Positions 59,653 to 64,000 of a stretch of 64,000 nt of DNA are shown piece after piece (positions within the stretch are counted from its first letter, which is position 1; each line of letters begins with the position of its first letter). Source of the DNA: an uncultured Sandaracinaceae bacterium (lineage in GTDB: Bacteria > Myxococcota_A > Polyangia > Polyangiales > Houyiibacteriaceae). Location: NCBI GenBank assembly GCA_964495565.1, contig CAZBWQ010000003.1, positions 7,670-71,669 on the forward strand, written 5' to 3'. Under the pieces are notes generated by a model. The model did not search any database. It was not told where the DNA came from and saw only the letters and a program-made list of their open reading frames with translations. The translations under genes and the position numbers were made by a program.

Positions 59653-60681
59653 ATGGGTAGCTCGATCGAAAAGACGCTTCACGAGCTCGGCAACGGAATC
59701 TTCGCGTACACGCAGCTTCCCGGGTCGTGGGGCTGGAGCAACTCCGGCCTGATCACCGACGGGGGGCAAAGCCTTCTCGTGGATACTTTGTTCGACGAGA
59801 AGATCACGGCCGAAATGCTCGCCACCATGCGACGCGCGGTTCCCGCGGCCAAGCGCATCGGCGTGGTCGTCAACACCCACGGTAACGGCGACCACTGCTA
59901 CGGCAACTCGTTGGTCCGGGACGCGGAGATCATCGGGACGGCCGGATGCGTCGAAGATCTTCGCGAATCACCGGCAAGCCGAAATCGACTGCTCATGCGC
60001 GCGGCGACCGCCATGCGCGCGCTCGGACCCGGAGGACGCATGCTCGGTCGGGTCCTCGGCGCGGTCGGAGTCGACAAGCTGACGAACTTGGCAGACGCGG
60101 GCGAGATGGCGCTTCCCTTGTTCGAGGGCTTCGATTTTTCGTCCGAGACCGTCTTTCCCAATCGGATCTTCGAGGGCGAGATGACGCTGCGGGTGGGAGA
60201 CAAAGAAGTCGTGCTGCTCGAGATGGGTCCCGCGCATACCCGTGGCGATGCGGTGGTGTGGGTCCCGGCGGACAAGACCCTGTTCACCGGGGACCTCTTG
60301 TTCAAGGGCGCGCACCCCATCGTCTGGCAGGGGCCGGTCTCCAATTGGATCGCCGCGCTGCGGCGCCTGTTGGCCATGGACATCGAGACGGTCGTCCCGG
60401 GCCACGGGCCCCTCACGGACCAATCGGGTCTGCGGGAGGCTTTGCACTACTTCGAAGTGTTGAGCGAAGAGGCGCGCAAACGACACGACTCCGGCATGTC
60501 GGTCGAAGAGGCAGCCGCGAACCTTCAACTGACGGAGTTTTCCGGCTGGCTCGATCCCGAGCGCATCTACGTCAACGTGGACACGCTCTACCGCGACTTT
60601 CGGGGCGACGAGGAGCCAGGCGACGTGCTCGCCTCGTTCGCCGGGATGGCGCGCCTGCGGAAGCGGCTCGGGCGAGCTTGA
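59653..60681 (+). CDS. MBL-fold metallo-hydrolase
   Basis: Start trimmed to MGSSIEKTLHELGNGIFAY. ...VVNTHGNGDHCYGN... (HxHxDH variant) and ...VVPGHGP.... Confidence 0.8.
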   Translation: MGSSIEKTLHELGNGIFAYTQLPGSWGWSNSGLITDGGQSLLVDTLFDEKITAEMLATMRRAVPAAKRIGVVVNTHGNGDHCYGNSLVRDAEIIGTAGCVEDLRESPASRNRLLMRAATAMRALGPGGRMLGRVLGAVGVDKLTNLADAGEMALPLFEGFDFSSETVFPNRIFEGEMTLRVGDKEVVLLEMGPAHTRGDAVVWVPADKTLFTGDLLFKGAHPIVWQGPVSNWIAALRRLLAMDIETVVPGHGPLTDQSGLREALHYFEVLSEEARKRHDSGMSVEEAAANLQLTEFSGWLDPERIYVNVDTLYRDFRGDEEPGDVLASFAGMARLRKRLGRA

Positions 60682-60766
60682 CGCATGCGCTTCTCGTTTT
60701 GCTGTGTGACGCGACTTTTGCGAGCATAGCCGAAGAGCGGCCGCGTGGTGCTACAACCAGATCGGT

Positions 60767-63565
60767 ATGAACAAACCACTCAAGGTCACTTTGATCACGA
60801 TCGGCTCCGTCTTCGGCTTGGCCATCCTCGCCTTGGCGCTGATCCCGCTCCTCTTCGAGGATCGAATCGTCGCGCTCGTGCGAGCCGAGCTCGAAAAACG
60901 GGTCGACGCCACGATCGAGCTCACCGACGTCGATCTGTCTCTGCTGTCGACCTTTCCGAATCTCACTCTCGAAGTCACCGGGCTCGAGGTCACCGGCAAG
61001 GGCGAGTTCGAGGGCACCCGCCTGCTCGCGGCACAGAAGATTGGCGTCGGCATCGGACTCTTCACCTTGATTCGGGAGGATTCGATTCAGATCGAGTCGA
61101 TCGAGATCGAAGGGCCGAAGATCCACGTCGTGGTCACCGACGAGGGCCTCGCCAACTACGACATTTTGATCGAGCCTTCGGAGCCTGAAGAGCCCACAGA
61201 GGAAGTCGCTTTCGAGATCGAGGATTACCGGATCGAGGACGGCTCGATCCGCTACGAAGCCCCCGGGGTCTGGGTCGATGTGGAGGGGTTGCAACACGAG
61301 GGCAGCCTCCGTGTGGCCGGACAGGAGCAGGAGCTGGCGTCGGCGACCACGATCGAAACGCTGACCACGAAGCTCGATGACGTCGCGTACCTCGACAGGG
61401 CCCGCGCGAACCTCGACCTCCGCGCCACCGTGCAAGGGGCGGCAAACGAGCTCGCGCTGAGTCGAATCCGTCTGGCGCTGAACGAGCTCGCGATCGTCGG
61501 CTCCGGATCCGTTGGTTGGGGTGGCGAGGGGCTGGCGATCGACCTCGAGATGGCATCCGAGGAGGGGCTTTCGGTCAAAGCGCTGGTCTCCGCGATTCCC
61601 GATGCGTACTCAGGCGACTTCGAAGGAATGAAAGCCGGCGGCACGTTCACGCTGAAAGTGCGCGCAAAAGGAGAGCTCGGGCCGGACGACGACGACGTTC
61701 CTTCGTTTGCGATCACCACCACCGTGCGAAACGGTCGGCTGCAGTATCCCGACCTTCCGCTCGCGATCACGGACCTGCAGCTCGACGCGAGAGTCGATCA
61801 CCCAGGAGGCAACCTCGACAAGATGGAAATCGCGGTGCCGAAGTACGGTCTGACGGTCGGCCAGAGCCATGGCGAGGGCAATCTCCGGATCACCCGCCCT
61901 CTTTCTCACCCCAATGTCGACCTCGTGTTGGATGGACGCTTCGACCTCGCGGAGATCGCGCAGGCATACCCGATTCCGGAGGTCGATCGACTCGAAGGGC
62001 TCGTCGAGGCGGAGATCGATCTCGAAACCCGGGGCGACCGGATCGAACGTCTCGCCGGCTTCATCAACGCCTCCAAGATCGCCTACCAGTCGGCGAGCTT
62101 GCCAGTCATCCGAGTTCCAGAGGCATCGGCCACCCTGTCGCCCTCCAACACCAAAATCGAGAAGTTGAAGGCAGAGGTCGGGACGAGCGACATCCTGGTG
62201 CGAGGCGTGGCTTCCCCGCTAACCACCTTCTTGAGCGACGACGAAACGATTACCATGAATGCTTCGCTCATTTCGAAACGCCTTCGGGTGGAAGACTTCC
62301 TGGGGCAGCAAACGCCCACGGAAAGCGAAGAGGAAGGCTCTGAGGCTGCCTCAGACTCTGCCTTCGTCTTGCCCGACGATCTCGAAGCCAAGCTCGACTT
62401 CGACGTGCAGCTCTTGACCTACGGCGACCTGACGCTCGAGAATTTCGAGGGGACCGGCCGGATCCGCGATCGGAAGCTGATCCTCGAAGACATCCGCGCC
62501 AAGGCGCTGGGTGGGTCCATGACGCTCGAGGGGGCGGTCGCCACCCATCCGGAGCGACCCACCACCTTCGATATGAGCTACACCGTCGACAAGGCGAGCT
62601 TTGCTCGAGCCTTCGAAGCCCTCCCCTCGATGCGCGCGTACGCCCCGATCGCCCGCTACCTCGACGGACGCTTTTCGACCGACCTCCATGCGAGCGGCAC
62701 GTTGGGGCCCGATTTCGCGCCGAAGCTCGACTCGATCGACGCCGCGGGGCTGGTCGCGGCCGTACAGAGCAAGCTCAGCAGTGACTTCAAGCCGCTTCAA
62801 GAGCTGACGAGCGCCGTTCCGGCGATTCCCAAGCCACTCGACATCGAGAGCTTCCGGACGCGCTTCGCGATCGATGACGGCGCGGTCGAAGTCAAGCCGT
62901 TCACCGTGGACGTCAAAGGCTTGACGATGCAGGTGAGCGGACGTCACGGGCTGGATCAAGACATGAAGTATGGGGTGTCGACCGCGGTCCCGATCGAGAC
63001 GTTGACCTCGAAGCTGGTCTCGGAAGTGCGAAGCCTCGGCCTCGATCTCGCCAAGGTGAAAACCGTCGGCGTCCAGGCGACCCTGACCGGGTCGATCCAA
63101 TCACCTCGCGTCTCGGTGAAGGTCGACACGGGAGAGCTTCGAAGCGCCGTCGCCGACGCGGTGTCGGACGAGCTCGAAGAGCAGCGGGCTCGCGCATTGG
63201 AGGAAGCGCAAGCACAGGCGGACCGCCTCCTGGCCGAAGCGGAGAAACAGGCCCAACGGATCCGTGACGAAGCCAAACGTGCCGCCGAGAAAGTCCGCCA
63301 AGAAGGCCATGCGCGGGCAAAGCAGGTCGAGCAGGAAGCAAAGGGCAACCCGCTGGCCGAGATCGCGGCGCGGGAGGCCGCGAAGCGCATCCGGAGTGAG
63401 ACAGACAAGCGAGTCGACCAGATGATCGCCGAAGCGAACAAGAGAGCGGATCAAGCCGTGTCCGAGGCTCGCAAGCGCGCAGCGGAGGTCGTCGAGGCAG
63501 CGGAGACGGAGAGCAAACGAACCACCGACGCCGTCGAAGGTCAGACTACCGATCGGATCCGGTGA
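60767..63565 (+). CDS. AsmA-family envelope protein with a C-terminal charged coiled-coil region
   Basis: 932 aa with an N-terminal TM anchor (VTLITIGSVFGLAILALALIPLLF) followed by a long beta-rich AsmA-like body. The last ~130 aa are Ala/Glu/Lys/Arg heptad-like. Confidence 0.68.
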   Translation: MNKPLKVTLITIGSVFGLAILALALIPLLFEDRIVALVRAELEKRVDATIELTDVDLSLLSTFPNLTLEVTGLEVTGKGEFEGTRLLAAQKIGVGIGLFTLIREDSIQIESIEIEGPKIHVVVTDEGLANYDILIEPSEPEEPTEEVAFEIEDYRIEDGSIRYEAPGVWVDVEGLQHEGSLRVAGQEQELASATTIETLTTKLDDVAYLDRARANLDLRATVQGAANELALSRIRLALNELAIVGSGSVGWGGEGLAIDLEMASEEGLSVKALVSAIPDAYSGDFEGMKAGGTFTLKVRAKGELGPDDDDVPSFAITTTVRNGRLQYPDLPLAITDLQLDARVDHPGGNLDKMEIAVPKYGLTVGQSHGEGNLRITRPLSHPNVDLVLDGRFDLAEIAQAYPIPEVDRLEGLVEAEIDLETRGDRIERLAGFINASKIAYQSASLPVIRVPEASATLSPSNTKIEKLKAEVGTSDILVRGVASPLTTFLSDDETITMNASLISKRLRVEDFLGQQTPTESEEEGSEAASDSAFVLPDDLEAKLDFDVQLLTYGDLTLENFEGTGRIRDRKLILEDIRAKALGGSMTLEGAVATHPERPTTFDMSYTVDKASFARAFEALPSMRAYAPIARYLDGRFSTDLHASGTLGPDFAPKLDSIDAAGLVAAVQSKLSSDFKPLQELTSAVPAIPKPLDIESFRTRFAIDDGAVEVKPFTVDVKGLTMQVSGRHGLDQDMKYGVSTAVPIETLTSKLVSEVRSLGLDLAKVKTVGVQATLTGSIQSPRVSVKVDTGELRSAVADAVSDELEEQRARALEEAQAQADRLLAEAEKQAQRIRDEAKRAAEKVRQEGHARAKQVEQEAKGNPLAEIAAREAAKRIRSETDKRVDQMIAEANKRADQAVSEARKRAAEVVEAAETESKRTTDAVEGQTTDRIR

Positions 63566-63583
63566 CCTGCGGCTGTCGTTGGG

Positions 63584-64000
63584 TCATGCTGCGCGCGCGG
63601 GGAGCAGCTCGATGACGGGCCCATGCCGCAAGGTGTGCAAGACACCGTGGTAGAGCCCGAGCGACTCGTAGATGGCAGCCGTGATGTTCACCGTCCGCAG
63701 CTGTCCGGACAACGAAAGCGGAAAGCCGTTGTGGACGTGGGCTGCTGCAAGGCGGATCTCGGGGTTGGCCCAACCGCCAGCGCCGCCCATGCCGAAGTGG
63801 CCGAAGGCTCTCGGCACGTCCATCAACAGCGCATCCGCGCGGTGATAGCCGAGCCGCCAGTGCAACGGGTAGAGCACCACCCGGTCGGGGCGCTTCATCT
63901 GGACCTGCGAGGCACGTTCGACGATCTCCCGATCGACCAAACGCAACCCATCGAGCTCGCCGCCCAAGGAAAGCATGGAATACATCTTGGCGAGCGATCG
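63584..64000 (-). CDS. serine hydrolase (beta-lactamase family), C-terminal part only; the gene runs off the right edge
   Basis: ...FGHFGMGGAGGWANPEIRLAAAHVHNG... parallels the C-terminus of the 34976..36244 hydrolase (...YGHLGFTNVLGWADPDRDISVAFLNTG...). Confidence 0.65.
   Translation of the reverse strand, partial: RSLAKMYSMLSLGGELDGLRLVDREIVERASQVQMKRPDRVVLYPLHWRLGYHRADALLMDVPRAFGHFGMGGAGGWANPEIRLAAAHVHNGFPLSLSGQLRTVNITAAIYESLGLYHGVLHTLRHGPVIELLPARAA

Overview
This is a GC-rich window packed with genes. It has no rRNA, tRNA, CRISPR array, IS element or prophage that I could see. Most genes sit in operons whose stop and start codons overlap (ATGA, GTGA, TTGA or TGATG). The gene content looks Myxococcota-like (PilZ, GGDEF, class II HMG-CoA reductase, Lys-rich tails), but that is inference only.

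The window falls into five blocks:

1. **1-25.7 kb: acyl-CoA catabolon.** It contains a thiolase-fold/DUF35/SCP2 operon. It also has an operon ordered enoyl-CoA hydratase, CoA-transferase A/B, nitronate-monooxygenase-type reductase, two ACADs and a thiolase, which matches the actinobacterial echA20-ipdA-ipdB-ipdC steroid ring C/D (HIP) module. Two acyl-CoA synthetases, further thiolase/SDR genes and a second MDR-reductase/SDR/ACAD-pair operon complete the block.
2. **26.8-34.9 kb: coenzyme F420 gene set.** It holds npdG, cofE, cofD, cofC, split cofG/cofH and two luciferase-like oxidoreductases.
3. **35-42.3 kb: mostly housekeeping genes.** These are a serine hydrolase, metH, a GGDEF cyclase, an SDR and a parvulin.
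4. **42.3-53.2 kb: one long leftward menaquinone string.** The order is a GbsR/MarR-type regulator, polyprenyl synthase, HMG-CoA reductase, ubiE, menF, menD, menH, menA, menC and menE.
5. **53.3-64 kb: mixed genes.** These are ilvD, a sulfotransferase, a hydrolase-OsmC fusion, an ABC-F ATPase, an MBL hydrolase, an AsmA-like protein and a partial serine hydrolase.

The most interesting non-coding signal is a 14-bp palindrome, TGAAACnnGTT(T/C)(C/T)A, that fits the mycobacterial KstR operator pattern TnnAACnnGTTnnA. It occurs three times, each time in the promoter gap of one of the catabolic operons, and no TetR-family regulator lies in the window. Other points of note:

- the F420 cluster sits directly beside the catabolon
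- the IpdC-like reductase carries a histone-H1-like Lys-rich N-terminal tail
- the thiolase-fold protein lacks the nucleophilic Cys
- two divergent paralogous small proteins of unknown function flank the acyl-CoA synthetase/SDR pair

All family assignments come from reading the translated ORFs. No database search was possible.
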